Positions 1-14,866 of a stretch of DNA of 64,000 bases are shown piece after piece. The notes under the pieces were generated by a model, which did not search any database, was not told the origin of the DNA, and saw only the letters and a list, made by a program, of their open reading frames with translations. The position numbers and the translations under genes were made by a program. The DNA comes from Octopus vulgaris (Eukaryota): NCBI GenBank assembly GCA_951406725.2, contig OX597815.1:67580001-67644000 (forward strand). Direction: 5' to 3'. Position 1 is the first letter of the stretch; each line of letters starts with the position of its first letter.

Positions 1-151
1 GACTTGTCGATTACATCGACCCCAGTGTTTCACTGGTACTTAATTTATCGAAACCAAAAGGATGAAAGGCAAAGTCAACCTCGGCGTAATTAAAAGTCAG
101 GACGTAGCGATAGACAAAATACCGCTGAGTATTTCGCCCAGTTCACCGCTT
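1..151 (-). mobile_element. tRNA-derived SINE, family A (octopus OK/OR-like), partial
   Basis: Reverse complement of the family A body seen intact at 6339-6555 (tcgattacatcgaccccagtg...gatgaaaggcaaagtcaacctcggcg). Confidence 0.85.
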
Positions 152-164
152 TAACAACAACCAT

Positions 165-232
165 AATAATAATAATAATAATAATAATATTAATAATAAT
201 AATAATGATAAATAATAAAAATAAAAATAATG

Positions 233-330
<98 letters not shown>
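165..330. repeat. (AAT)n immediately followed by (TTA)n: self-complementary microsatellite junction
   Basis: The aataat... tract switches to ttatta... at about 288. Confidence 0.95.
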
Positions 331-331
<1 letters not shown>

Positions 332-444
332 AGTTGTTGAAATTTATTGTTGTACATTAACTACCTAGTCGCTGAAAACGCAACTCACTATGCCAGTTGA
401 AAGTAGTAGAATGTCAGTAAGAAGGTCAATAATTGTGAAGGGAA

Positions 445-835
445 GGAAAAGTCGATTACACCGATCCTCGTACTTGAATAATTCCTTACTTTATTGATCC
501 TGAAGAATGGAAGACAAAGCTGATTTTGGCAGTATTTGAACTCAGAACATGAAGTCAAAAGAAATGCAGCTAAGCGTTTTGTCCGACTTGCTGACGGTTC
601 TGCTAGCTGCCCACCTTAATAAGCCTTTCTATTACAGGCACAGGGCCTGACATTTTGGAGGAGAGGATAAGGCGGTTACATTGACCTCAGTGCTCAACTG
701 GTACTTATCTTATCGACCCCGAGAGGACGAAAAGCAGAGTAGACCTCGGTGGAATTTGAGCTCAGAATGTAAAGTGCCGAAAAATACTGTTTAGCACTTT
801 GCCCGACATGCTAACAGATCCACCAGCGCGCTGTC
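445..835 (-). mobile_element. Two diverged family A SINE copies in tandem (about 445-618 and 660-835)
   Basis: Each has the gtcgattaca..., atcgacccc, gacctcgg.ggaatttga.ctcagaa and gctaac motifs. Confidence 0.8.
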
Positions 836-894
836 TTTGTCTCTACAGTAAATAAGGCTGCTAAGAAAGGGAAAGACAAATATATAATAGTTTC

Positions 895-1110
895 ACTCTT
901 ACTCTTTTACTTGTTTCAGTCATTTGACTGCGGCCATGCTGGAGCACCGCCTTTAGTTGAGCAAATCGACCTCAGGACTTATTCTTTGGAAGCCTAGTAC
1001 TTATTCTATTGGTCTCCTTTGCCGAACCTCTAAGTTACGGGGGTGTAAACACACCACCATCGGTTGTCAAGCGATGTTGGGGGGGACAAACACAGACACA
1101 CAAATATATA
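895..1110 (-). mobile_element. Family B SINE, 3' half (5' half displaced to 2551-2713 by a Helitron insertion)
   Basis: Reverse complement of the 3' half of the full-length copy at 17797-18205 (cttgtttcagtcatttgactgcggccatgctggagcacc). Confidence 0.9.
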
Positions 1111-1133
1111 CACACATACATATATATATATAC

Positions 1134-1202
<69 letters not shown>

Positions 1203-1210
1203 CATACATA

Positions 1211-1980
1211 CTATCTTAAGGTGACCCGCTCTACGCGCGGGTAAGAGTGTGGTTGTTACTTTCTGTTGCTTCCTTTCTGTTTTTCATCACCACATTCTCC
1301 CTCTTTGTTTCTCTCTCCTTTCTCTCTCACTTTCCCACTCTCTTACTCTTTCTTTCTCTCGGACTCTCCCTCGCTTTCTCTTACTCTGTATCTTTCTCTA
1401 TCTATCTAGGCAGACAGCAAAACACTAACATTTAAAAGGGACAGACGAACTTGCGAGCTGAATAAAAATAAAAAAAATATTGGAAACCAAAGTTTGAAGG
1501 GATAGAATCTGAGGATAGTAGAGTCACCATGGCTGGCATTTCTTAACGACGGACAGCAACGTAGTGGCAGTTTAACGTCTGGCGTAAAATTTTGAACTTG
1601 ATTTAAAAGAAAATTCCTAAACACCAAGTTTTGAAGTGATTCTTTCTCACGACAGTAGACTCACCATGGCAAGCATTCAAAACTTCTTCATCATGGACGG
1701 CAACACATTGAAGATTTAAAGGCTGGCGCAAATTTTTTAGCTTGATGTAACAGAGAATTCCTAAACACCCGCTCCTGTAAATTTTAATCCCCTTCCAGAC
1801 CTATTTAGACCCCTTTTCACATTTTGGTTAATATAACCCGATTTCATTTTACAAGATGAGGAATTTTGTCCTAGAGGTAACGCCTTTCATTGAGGAAAAA
1901 AATATTTGCCATGCAAACTTGCCAGCACTCTTAACATAGGTGTGCATATTTTCAGCTCAACTGACCACATAATGCACACG

Positions 1981-2018
<38 letters not shown>

Positions 2019-2542
2019 TTATATATAATGTATATATACACTTTGTATATATACATTATATATACATATATATATATATATAGAACACACACACATAAAT
2101 TAACCCAATAAATATCTGATTCATAATATCTGTTCTCATGATTGTGTGGTGGTGGTAGGGCGATGATAATTCTCTATGAATGCACACAGACGTAGAGAGA
2201 GAGAGAGGGAGGGAGGATGTGGGAGAAAGAGTGAAGGCGGCGGGGGAAAGATAGTAGACGCTATAAAACGACGTTATAGAGAGAACGTGAAAGGAAGGGA
2301 GGAAAGAGAGAAGGAGGAAGACAAGCAGATAAGAGAATGAGAGAAGACTTGTCAAAGTGTGCGTTTTTGCCCTAGTAACCACACCTTTAAGATATGGATT
2401 TCTAACCTAGGCCACTAACATCCTCACCTCATTTTACATGTCTGTGTAAATTTTGGAGTCAATCCGACGGCATCTAGTACCCTTTAACCCGTTCCAATGC
2501 CAAAACCAAACAAATAAACTTTTCGCATTTCAGATTTATAGA
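1211..2542 (-). mobile_element. Non-autonomous Helitron nested in the internal microsatellite of a family B SINE
   Basis: Minus strand starts A|TC at 2542 and ends with hairpin ACCCGC-N7-GCGGGT (1224-1242) then ATAG|T, a CTAG variant. It lies between the two halves of one SINE, has no TSD, and carries internal degenerate direct repeats at about 1517-1625 and 1654-1769. Confidence 0.7.
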
Positions 2543-2550
2543 TATTGATA

Positions 2551-2713
2551 TACGACGGGCTTCTTTCAGTTTCCATCTACGAAATCCACTCACAAGGCTT
2601 TGGTCGGCCCAAAGCTATAGTAGAAGACACTTACCCAAGGTGCCACGCAGTAGGAATGAACCCGGAACCATGTGGTTGGTAAGCAAGCTATTTACCACAC
2701 AGCCACTCCTGCG
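2551..2713 (-). mobile_element. Family B SINE, 5' tRNA-like head
   Basis: Reverse complement of gcaggagtggctgtgtggtaa...ggttccgggttca, i.e. Pol III A/B-box-like motifs. Confidence 0.9.
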
Positions 2714-3016
2714 TATTTATGAGTCTACATTTTTGGTCCTGGGGCAGTGGAAGACATAAATTGACATGTGTGGGAAAGTGAAAATCTGACGTAATTGAAT
2801 GTGATGTAAATAAAAATAATACAAAAATAAACACAAACAGGAAAAATCAAAGAAGCAGTCATCGGATGCGAACTTATGAACGATTCATCACCTTATTTCG
2901 TTCGTCATTTTGACCGCTTGACTTCACAGAAGGGAAATAAAAAAAAAGAAAAAACACTTAAAGCATCTGTTCTACTCAGCCCAGTTAAGTCTGCTTTACA
3001 TCAACATTCACACACA

Positions 3017-3058
<42 letters not shown>

Positions 3059-3734
3059 TACACATACAGTCCAAATACATCGGTTATATTTTCGTACCTA
3101 TTCGAGAATATTGTTATCGACAGACATAGCAGCTCTAATTTAATACACGTTTATATAACTCCATTCATGGACACAGGTTTTCTTTGTGGGGCTTTTTTCT
3201 AATTCAGTTTTTGTTTTTGTTGTTTTAGTATCTTTTTAATGTGCTTCTGTGGCTGACTAGTTGCTTTAAACATCAAAGCTGTTTTACTTGGATGAATTCG
3301 ATTTTTTGTATTGGTTTGCGCATTTTATTTATTGTTTTTCTATATTTTGTATTCTTTATGTTTATTGCTAGACATCCACTCGAGCCGACTGGACTGGAAT
3401 ATCAACCTTGATTGTATGAAATTACCCAATAGCCTGATCTATGGCTTCGAATATAGACTTATATGTATGTGTTTACGTCAGTGTCTGTGAGCATGTGTGA
3501 GAGAAAGATATATTTTGTGTGCTGGTGTGTGTGTATAGGGGGAGGTACAAGCGTTTATTGTCACGCTCTGTTACACAGAAAACAGCAAAAAACAACCTAG
3601 AAAATGAGACAATAGATGAGTTAAAAGACAAACTCGACAATTACACATTTATGAGATATGTATAAAGTTGGTGGAAATAATCTACTCCTGATTGGTTTTG
3701 CGTGTTTGAAGGACTCCTGGTGAAACACTTGTCT

Positions 3735-3788
<54 letters not shown>

Positions 3789-3889
3789 ATGCACGCGTAG
3801 ATGTGTATGTGTGTGTGTTCATGTATGTATGTATGTATACATATACATACATACATATATATATATGTATACATGTACATACATACATA

Positions 3890-3950
<61 letters not shown>
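3735..3950. repeat. Compound (TA)n/(GT)n/(TACA)n microsatellite
   Basis: Direct reading; it explains the overlapping YIYI/CVCV ORFs. Confidence 0.95.
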
Positions 3951-3954
<4 letters not shown>

Positions 3955-4529
3955 CACAAAGGCGCCTATCGACTAGAAAGAGGACTTAAAACCCTCATTT
4001 AAACCACCAATAATGACACTGAAAAATACGACAGAAAAACAGTAGTCGGGCGAACGGGTCAAAAAGTAAAATTTTTCACGTACCTATATAGCCCAATGCT
4101 ATATATTTCTTGGCATTTGTATATACTTGGACCATGTTTTCTGGTCTGGCAAACAGCCTCACCTTCCCCAGCAAGTATTACTGGTTGAAAAGTATTACTG
4201 GCAGACTTCAACGTGACAGGTTGAAAAGTTTGAAAGAATGCAAGCCTCCTATAATTGTAAACTTAGCTAAATTATAGCTTTTCGCTCTTACGATACAAAT
4301 AATTTTTCGACAAGCAATATAAATGTATTTTTAACTGGAGAAGCGACAGAGGAGTAGAGTCAAAAGGATGGTGCATTATCAAAACTTATATGGAATTTTA
4401 GAACAAAATTATATCAGTTAGAGTTAAAAATGGAAGATACTGTCGTGAATTAAATTTTTACTGGAACTGAAAGTGTTTTATCTCTATCCAAACCAGAGTT
4501 ATGAAATACATATAAATATCAAATGGATA

Positions 4530-4574
<45 letters not shown>

Positions 4575-4805
4575 ATACATAAATATAAAATCAAATCATG
4601 GATTTGAAATATGGTATATACTTTGTGGTCGACAGCTTTTCCGTTAAGATAAACGTCGTTACTGCAATGTAATAACGAATTGGAATTTAACGATCTGAAC
4701 TCTTAATGGCCGTGGATTTATCTTTTTAGATGTTAATGCATCAATTCTCTATATGGTGATATATGCATAGAAACTTAATATACAAATGCACGCAGAAACA
4801 TATAC

Positions 4806-4890
<85 letters not shown>

Positions 4891-4928
4891 TTACTAAGTC
4901 TCTCTAAAGGAGATTACGGCAGCGTTAC

Positions 4929-5320
4929 TATATTAATAGTTATCGCCATACTAATATGGCAGTCTATAAATATAAGACTGAAGCTGTCGCTGATTAGCTC
5001 CAAGAGACCATCGCCTCTAGCTAGCTATATGACACACGAAACTGCGTCCATTACAATCTTCGAACAGGAGAGGTCAGTAGCGACACCTGCTGGTTCTGAC
5101 TACGCTGCATTGATAAAGGGCAACAACCCTGAAACATGTCTGCAGATGTGTCTGACTAGCAAGGTGAAGCGATGACCTCCCCTGTTCGAAGGTTGTAATG
5201 GACGCAGGTTCGTGTGTCATATAGCTAGCTAGAGGCGATGGCCTCTTGGAGCTAATCAGCGACAGCTTTAGTCTTATATTTATAGACTGCCATATTAGTA
5301 TGGCGATAACTATTAATATA
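4929..5320. mobile_element. Fold-back element: 148-bp inverted arms (4929-5076 / 5173-5320) around a 96-bp spacer, between (TA)n tracts
   Basis: The arms are reverse complements with 5 substitutions by my count. ORFs 4786+ and 5074- encode the same peptide from opposite strands. Confidence 0.9.
5105..5145 (+). ncRNA. Minimal type I hammerhead ribozyme motif (U3-A8 variant)
   Basis: CTGCA | TTGATAA | AGGG caacaa CCCT | GAAA CATG TC | TGCAG. Stem I is 5 bp, stem II 4 bp, helix III is the palindrome ACATGT, and the cleavage triplet is GUC at 5138-5140. Confidence 0.7.
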
Positions 5321-5661
5321 TATATATATATATAGTTATATATTATAAATGCATACATAAACACATGTTTAAGATGTAATTTTTTGCTTTATACTTTTGT
5401 ACGTGAGCTCTTGTATTCAATACATATTTGTTTTATTCTAACTTGCTACTACTTTAGATTCTCAGCGTTTACCCAATCTTACTCACTCACCTTCACTAAT
5501 ATTACATAAAATTGCATAAAACTACACGCAAATAGTCTTTGTATAAATAATTTCTGCTTTATTAGTACTAATACCTTTATTATGATATATATTCTCATAC
5601 TGTACAATATATAATATAATACTATATCGTCTATGTAATGGTATAAATTCTAATAATAATG

Positions 5662-5731
<70 letters not shown>

Positions 5732-6168
5732 CATACATATACTAATATTGGGCTTCCAGTGAAGATCCCAATTCAATTTAACTGACAAGCGGCAATATAA
5801 TTTATGTAATCCTTTCTGATCCCTGTAATCTTTCCAATCTCTACTCCATTCCCACTTCCTCACTTTCCAAATCTAATAGTGATCTCTAAAAATAATACCA
5901 AAACAGATCCACTTATAAAGAGTTCACGTGGATATCAAGCTAAATAGCTGAAAACCCACAGACTCCATTCCCCCGTTATAATCCCTACATAAGGATTTCT
6001 TACCTGCTTGTTGCGTTCTATCCTGGAAGTACAAATATAGTTCAACTATCTTTATAACAATTAGAGACTTGTATCCTCCCTTTCATAAGTAATAAGCAAT
6101 ATTTTCACGTTTAACACTTAAGTAACACACATACACACACGCACACATACAGACTGACAGTCAGACGC

Positions 6169-6236
<68 letters not shown>

Positions 6237-6338
6237 CGTATTTCTATGTATATCAAGGCATACACATGCCTGCATATGTGTATGTATGTATATATGTATG
6301 TGTGTGTGTGTATATACATGTATATATATACATGTATA

Positions 6339-6555
6339 GGGCGGTGAGCTGGCAGAACCGTTAGCGCGACGGGCGAAATGCGTAGCCGTATTTCGTCTGT
6401 CGTTACGTTCTGAGTTCAAATTCCGCCGAGGTCGACTTTGCCTTTCATTTTTTCGGGGTCGATAAATAAAGTACCAGTTTCGCACTGGGGTCGATGTAAT
6501 CGACTTAATCCGTTTGTTTGTCCTTGTTTGTCCTCTCTATGGGTAGTAAAGAAAT
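6339..6555 (+). mobile_element. Family A SINE, near full length
   Basis: ggcggtgagctggcagaaccgttagc...gagttcaaattccgcc (B-box-like GTTCAAATTCC)...gtagtaaagaaata. Confidence 0.9.
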
Positions 6556-6894
6556 ATATATATATACATGTATATATATATATATATATATAGTAGAATA
6601 AGAAATAAAAAGTCCTTGATACAGTATTATATATATCAAAAAATTAATAGGAAAGCCACTTCTAGTCATTATTCAAATATGTGTCTATGTGTGTGTGTAA
6701 ACATGCATAAACACACACATGTACATACACATATTTATACATATAAATTTGACATGGGCGATTCTTTCTTGTCTTGGGATTCACAGTCAAATGGCTGGGT
6801 GGAATTGCGCAAAAAATTACACAGATGTGTAAAATGATCCGGTGGTGATGCTGGACTTTGTATATTTTCATTGCTCCCATGGTTACCGAGATAA

Positions 6895-7875
<981 letters not shown>

Positions 7876-8727
7876 TATATATATATATATATATATAAAC
7901 ATATACATACACTCTCAAATCAGGTTGTCTCTAATATAGTTTTTAATTGAATGAATTTTTTTGTTTCTTTCTATATGCAGCAGCCTGGTGCGTGTGGTTT
8001 GGGTTCAAGATTGTAAAGTTGTGGGTTCGATTTCAGGACCAGACAATGTTTTTTATCTTGCTCAAGGCACTTTATTTCACTTTTCTGCAGTCAACTGAGT
8101 TGAAAATTACCACGAACTGACCATTTTCTCCTCTTTTTTCCCTCCAACTGTCCATCGACAGTATGGTAAGCTGCTGAATGTTTCTATGTATACATCGGCC
8201 CCTCAAACAACTTCCCAAAGCGTGGTACAAGTTACCAGATAGTGTTTGCTCGCAAGTGATGGTTATGCCCCTTTTCGTAAACACCTACACTTAATATTAA
8301 AACAAATTCTCCAAAGACAGACCATTTCAGTACAATTTTGTAATCTTCATAGCACTTACATTAATCTTGTATCTAAATTCCTAGCACTCGCTGCCTACCA
8401 TTTCTCTTAATCTATAACACTATCTTTAAACATCTTTCTTACAAAACGTTCCACTAACCACAACATGCAACATAACTCATAAATCCAGATAGATATATAT
8501 TAGCTGACAGTTTCCTTACGCAAAACTTCGAAGAACAATATAAATACCACAGATTTATCCGCAACCGTTGTGCTTAAATTGTTCTAAACTTCTCAATTTA
8601 TCTTATTTTTATCCTAAATGTATATGATGTATTTATAACTCCTGCAGTCAATCTTGTCTGTTGTATTTCTTCATAATACTTCATTAAATGCTTTCATCTT
8701 AGGCTTGTTATATTCTCTTGTTGTAGT

Positions 8728-9118
8728 CAGTCCTGGTGTGTGGTACCTTGAGCAAATGTCTTCTATCATAGCTTTGGGCTGACCGGAGCCTTGTGAGCGG
8801 AATTGGTAGACGGAAACTGAAAGAAGCCCGTCCTTTATATTTATACATATGTGTGTGTAATGGTGTGTATGTGTCTGTTTGTGTCTCCTCATCTTGACAT
8901 CGTGTAATAGTTGTAAATGTGTGTCACTGTCATACGAGCAGTATCATTTACTTCTAATATTCTGCGAGAACATGTCTAGCCATGGGGAAATATAACTTTT
9001 CTTGGAACTGGGTTGGCAACAGGGAGAGCATCTGGTCGTGAAAAATCTGCCTATAAGAAGCTCCATCCAGCTCATGTAAGCATGGAAAAGTGAATGTTAA
9101 AATGAAAATGATGATGAT
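8728..9118 (+). mobile_element. SINE with family B 5'/central part and a different tail ending in (ATG)n
   Basis: Starts gtggtaccttgagcaaatgtcttcta...gaaagaagcccgtc; tail is ggttggcaacagggagagcatctggtcg...catggaaaagtgaatgttaaaatg...atgatgat. Confidence 0.7.
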
Positions 9119-9783
9119 TCTCTGTTAGGCTGTATAATTGCATATTTTATGCAATGTATACATTTTCTTAAATTCTCAATCACCATAATTTAAATATCAT
9201 AAATATATTTATTCGGCAGAATTTCTTTTAAAACACCTCACAACGGCACACATACACAAGCACACACACATACGCACATACACCCCGTACAAACACACAT
9301 GCGCGCACACACACATACACACAAACACACCAAATAAAATCTTAAAATAAAACAATAAATAACTTCAATGTTTAATTCGTTCTGTTGAAATTTTGCCCCA
9401 AAACTAGGCAATCTTTTTTTATCATCAATTACATACTACTTTATTTTAAATATTTCATATACAATAATTTTAAGTAAACTGGCATTTTTAATTGCCTTCG
9501 AAACATAATATTAACACATCATAGGTTATCTTTCTCTATTAACAACATTCCATACAAAACCTCGCCCACCCTTTCTCACAGTTGTATCCTTCAGTGATGC
9601 AATATCTTTATATTTCTATAAAACATTTCAAATAAAATAGTATCTTTCTTTACTCTCTATTAAAATTTTATCCAGTAACGAGGCTTCCTCTGCTAGTTTT
9701 TTTTACGAACACGCTAACGGTTTTTGCTATAACATTACATACACACATACACACACGCATACATACATGCATGCGTACATACA

Positions 9784-9871
<88 letters not shown>

Positions 9872-10084
9872 CAAATTGAGATAGGGTTTGTGGGATAACA
9901 TATATCCAATATACTGCTAGTAAAGCACCCAACAAAATTACTCATTGATGTACATTGTTTTGTTCTATACTATTATGTTTGACCTTGATGTTCATATGTA
10001 GTGGTTTAATAAATTATGTGATTGGGTATTATCTGGTAGTTGATTATTGATTAACGTGTATTTCTCCATTTTCTTATTTTGTAT

Positions 10085-10150
<66 letters not shown>

Positions 10151-10477
10151 GCACACACACAAACATACATAATATCTTACATGTAATAATTGGTGCACTT
10201 GGTTTTGTTAGTAAACGCGTAGGTGATAATCTGGATAGGTTACAGTTTTTTGAAAAAGAAATTAATCAGCTGACGCGCGTACTACAAATACAAACTGTAA
10301 GTGGAAGAGTAGAAATATGCAAGAGTTTCTCAAGTTCAGCAAGTGACATTTCGACGATGGATTTTGCATCTTTGTTAGAAACCAGCTCTTTCCTTAGAGG
10401 AAGAATTTAAATAATCAAAATTATATGAGAACATGTATCTATCGACAAGCTCGTACATACACACACACACACGCACG

Positions 10478-10509
<32 letters not shown>

Positions 10510-11176
10510 TACATGCACACATATATATACCGACATGCGACGTGTGTAACAAGAAGTAGGCCTCAATATCGTTGAGATACACGACTAGATTTCTGTATTT
10601 TATTCCAGAAAGCCAATATCAATATGAAATAAAGCGCTCCTCTGTTAAAGCATTGAAGTTAGGCATCGAAATACGCTCGGAACATCCAATGATGAGTTCC
10701 AATGCCGCAATGGTGAAACGTACGTAGGAACTAAATACTTATACTGGTGCTTATCTTAATTTCTACTACGTATACTCTGTCTACCATAACCAATAACACC
10801 GCTGAGTACAGTGGCTGATTAATCATTATATTAGGAGCCGACTGAAGAATGATCATCTACATGGAACTCTAACTCATCGAATAGTAGTCGTATAACTAAC
10901 TATACACTCAATATGTGTGTGTGTATATGTGTGCGTGTGTGTATGTATGTATGTATGTATGTATGTATGTATGTATATTAGCGATTTACCCACTCCTTAA
11001 CGTACCCAGACGCTTCACCCGATTTCTATATCTGCAAACTAACTTTATTTTTTCTCTTACCATTGATCATTTGTGAGATGAAACGACGAAAATTTCGTAA
11101 ATGATATTGCTTTCAAAACGCATATACACAATTAAACACACACATACACACACATTTAACGTATACTTGTGTGTGT

Positions 11177-11214
<38 letters not shown>

Positions 11215-11375
11215 CACTGATATACTATATAATGCGATGATGTGTTTACAAATATATGAATGCATAAATATTGTATACATCTAATTATAAGCTTTTGGAT
11301 ATGCGAGGTATTCGTATGTGTGATTATTTGTGTATACACGTATCATGTATATGTATGTATAAACACCGTGTGTGA

Positions 11376-11407
<32 letters not shown>

Positions 11408-11522
11408 TAGAGATAGAAAGAGAGGGACAGAGAGAGGGAGAGATCAGGCAAAGATTCTTGATCATACCTTTGCATATATGTTAATATATATATAATGATA
11501 TCAAACACGCTCACACACACAT

Positions 11523-11574
<52 letters not shown>

Positions 11575-11596
11575 TATGTGCGTGTATGCATAAACA

Positions 11597-11634
<38 letters not shown>

Positions 11635-12912
11635 ACACACACACATACACTCATAAATACCAAAAGCAAAGATATACACCCACGTATTGCACAGTTCTCA
11701 TTTACGTAGCTGAACAGCAGGATACATTTATGTAAAAATGTATGCAAATAATGGCTCATAATCATACATAAACAGACAATTCCAGGCACACAATATCAAT
11801 AAAAATATGGTAAATTCCACATATCTTCTCTGCATAATTGCATAAGTTTAGAGTATGTAGCAGTATATTTTATCCGCATGTATTTGTACGCTGTAGGTAA
11901 CCTTTAATTTTAACGTCTAAGTAAAAAAATCGATTGAAGACAAGATATCCTCGTATATCAACGTATATTTATGCATATATCCACAAATATTCATCTATAT
12001 ATTCGCTAATATAATCATGTATATCTATAAAAATCAGTAAAAAAAATCGACCCATTGACTTGACTTACTTGTCACAGTTGTTAACAAGCCAGCCATTTTC
12101 CTTGAAACTAACGTAATCTAATAATAATATTTTGTACCAATATTTATCAAATTTGACCTTCGCCCAAACGCATATTTTTCTAACTGATTGATTTATTAAC
12201 TTATTGATTTTATTTCCTTTCTTATGTATTCGTATTTGTCATTGAATCTTTTTTTCTATTTCTATGTCTTCTGGGTTTAATATCCTTTCGTGGGTGTATG
12301 TGTGTAGAAGTGTGCTCTTCGTTCATTTGGTTTTCGTCTGTTCTCATTTTTTCTCTTTCTTTGCATTAGTTTTATTCATTTTTCTTCCTTTTCTTTCTTT
12401 CTTCCTCAAAAGAAATTGAATGATTGTAATTTATAAAGATTCGCAACAGTTTCCATTGGAATATACATTAATCTCAAAATGTCAGATTTTATTAGACAGG
12501 AGACCCGGTCACGTGACCTACAAACCGCCATCTGTTTTCAATATAATGTGGCTGTAAGTAAATTTGCTGTTTTACTAGTCCTATCTCTTTCGTTATTTTT
12601 ATCACTCTCTCTCTCTCTCTGTCTATATCACACGCATATATATATATATATATATGCTTACATACATACATACATGCATACATACATGCATACATACATA
12701 CATAATATAAACACATAAGTATGTAAGTATGAATGTATGTATGCATGTACCTATCTCATCAGTCTACTGTGAATCTTTTAGACAATTTCTTTGTATCTTC
12801 TTTTCATTTTGCTCTTTTTTTAATCTTCTGTTAACTTTACTATTCGTTGGTGATATTTTCATCACTCAGCGCTCTAATGCGTTTGTCTGAATAAGGGCGT
12901 GTGTGTGTATGC

Positions 12913-13005
<93 letters not shown>

Positions 13006-13089
13006 AGTACGTACATATACATTCATGTCCTTGTGTCTGTATACGTATATATATATATAATTCTTTTATTTTTCATTCTTATATATATT

Positions 13090-13335
13090 CTTTTATTTTA
13101 TTATTTTACACGTTTCAGTCATTTGAATGCGGTCTTACCGGAGCCCCACCTTAAAGAGTTTTAGTTGAAGAAATCGACGGGTTTCTTTCAGTTTCCGCCT
13201 ACCAAATCTAGTCTCAAGGCTTTGGTAGGCCCGAGGGTTTATATTAGAAAACTCTGTCCAAGGTTTGACTGAGCCCGGAGTCTAGAACTATATGGTTGGA
13301 GAGCAAGCTTCTCACCACACAACCACGCCTGGACC
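13090..13335 (-). mobile_element. Family B SINE with central deletion
   Basis: Tail motif gtttcagtcatttgaatgcgg is joined directly to head motif gacgggtttctttcagtttccg...accacacaaccac. Confidence 0.75.
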
Positions 13336-13473
13336 TATATATATATATATATAAGTATAACATTATGCGACTATACATATTACATATTTATGTATGCGTG
13401 CAGGTATATATCTATCTCTGTCTCTCTTTCTTTCTCTCTCTCTCTATCTCTCTCTCTATATATATATACATAT

Positions 13474-13532
<59 letters not shown>

Positions 13533-13644
13533 GACAATTGGATAGACCGATCAATCTCGCAGCAAACGCGCATTCTAACAAACACCGCGACAGATCGAAT
13601 GTGGTCATTTTGTAGGAAAGGTCTTACTCTGACTCGTCCTCCCC

Positions 13645-13795
13645 TCCATCACTATTACCAGCATCACCACTGTCATTACCGCAACCATCACCATCTTTAC
13701 CACCACCACCACCAAGCCGCCGCCGCCGCCGCCGCCACCACCATTACCACCACAACCACCACCACCGCCACCACCACCACCGCCACTTCCAGCAC
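13645..13795. repeat. (ACC)n/(GCC)n trinucleotide tract
   Basis: Direct reading. Confidence 0.9.
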
Positions 13796-14800
13796 AGACG
13801 GTTCGTTAGATTTTCTTACCTAATCCTTCCTCCGCCACCGTAACACCGCATCTGCTGCTCACCATTTTACTATTTTTGATTGATCTTCATCCAAACCACA
13901 TTAACTATTCGACCTGGGATATTTTCTAGCATTTCCATTCAATAATTTTTTTATTTCTTTATCTGTTATCAATCGAAACTATTCTTTCATTTGACTGTTC
14001 TCATTAACTTACATTCCCTTATTCCTTTATTCTATTATTATTATTGTTATTGCTTGGTTCACACAATTCTTTATTTGCGTTTGTTTCACGCAACTCAATC
14101 TCTTTCTTTCTTTCTTCCGTTTTTTGCGTTCTTTATCTTCATTTTGTTTTGTCGTTCACTCTCTTCCAGGCACTATTTTTTAAATTCTATTTTCTACATC
14201 TTCAATAGCATCCTTTCCTATCTAATTTTTTCATTTACTCTTTCTTTATTTCTAAACCGCTGTCATTCTTCATTTGTAATCGCTGATTCTTTTCCTATTT
14301 TATTAATTTCATTTATATTTTTTCTATCATTCTTTCTTTGACTATTCCAGTTTCTTTTATTCTTTTCTAAGTAGGACGTCTGTATTACAATGATATTAGC
14401 TACAATTTCAGTTTACCGTTCAACTTTATCTTAAACTGCTCAGGTTTAACTAAGCTATTGCTAAAGTTTCGCAACCAAAGCAGATGACAGCCGCTTCGAA
14501 TAAGAAACTTTGCACGTCATACAATCTACATAAGCAACGACTTCCATCTTGAGCAAACAAGCACAGAATGTGAAGTTATGTTTGAACAATGTAAATGTGT
14601 GTTTATGCATATTTGTGTCCGTGTGTGTGTGTGTGTGTACTTATGTGCATGCGCGTACTTCTGTATGAGTCAGTGTGTTTGTCTGTGTGTTCCAATATGT
14701 ATACGTTTGTATGTGTGAACGTGTTCTTCTGTAAGTATATCTATGAATGTGACTGATTTGCAAATAGCAAACTGTCGTCTGTGTGCACGTTGGCCTTCGC

Positions 14801-14866
<66 letters not shown>

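Noticed and set aside
3700-3738. Hammerhead-like TTGAAGG-ACTCCTGGT-GAAACACTTGTC
   Set aside because: Core and stems are too degenerate to separate from chance.
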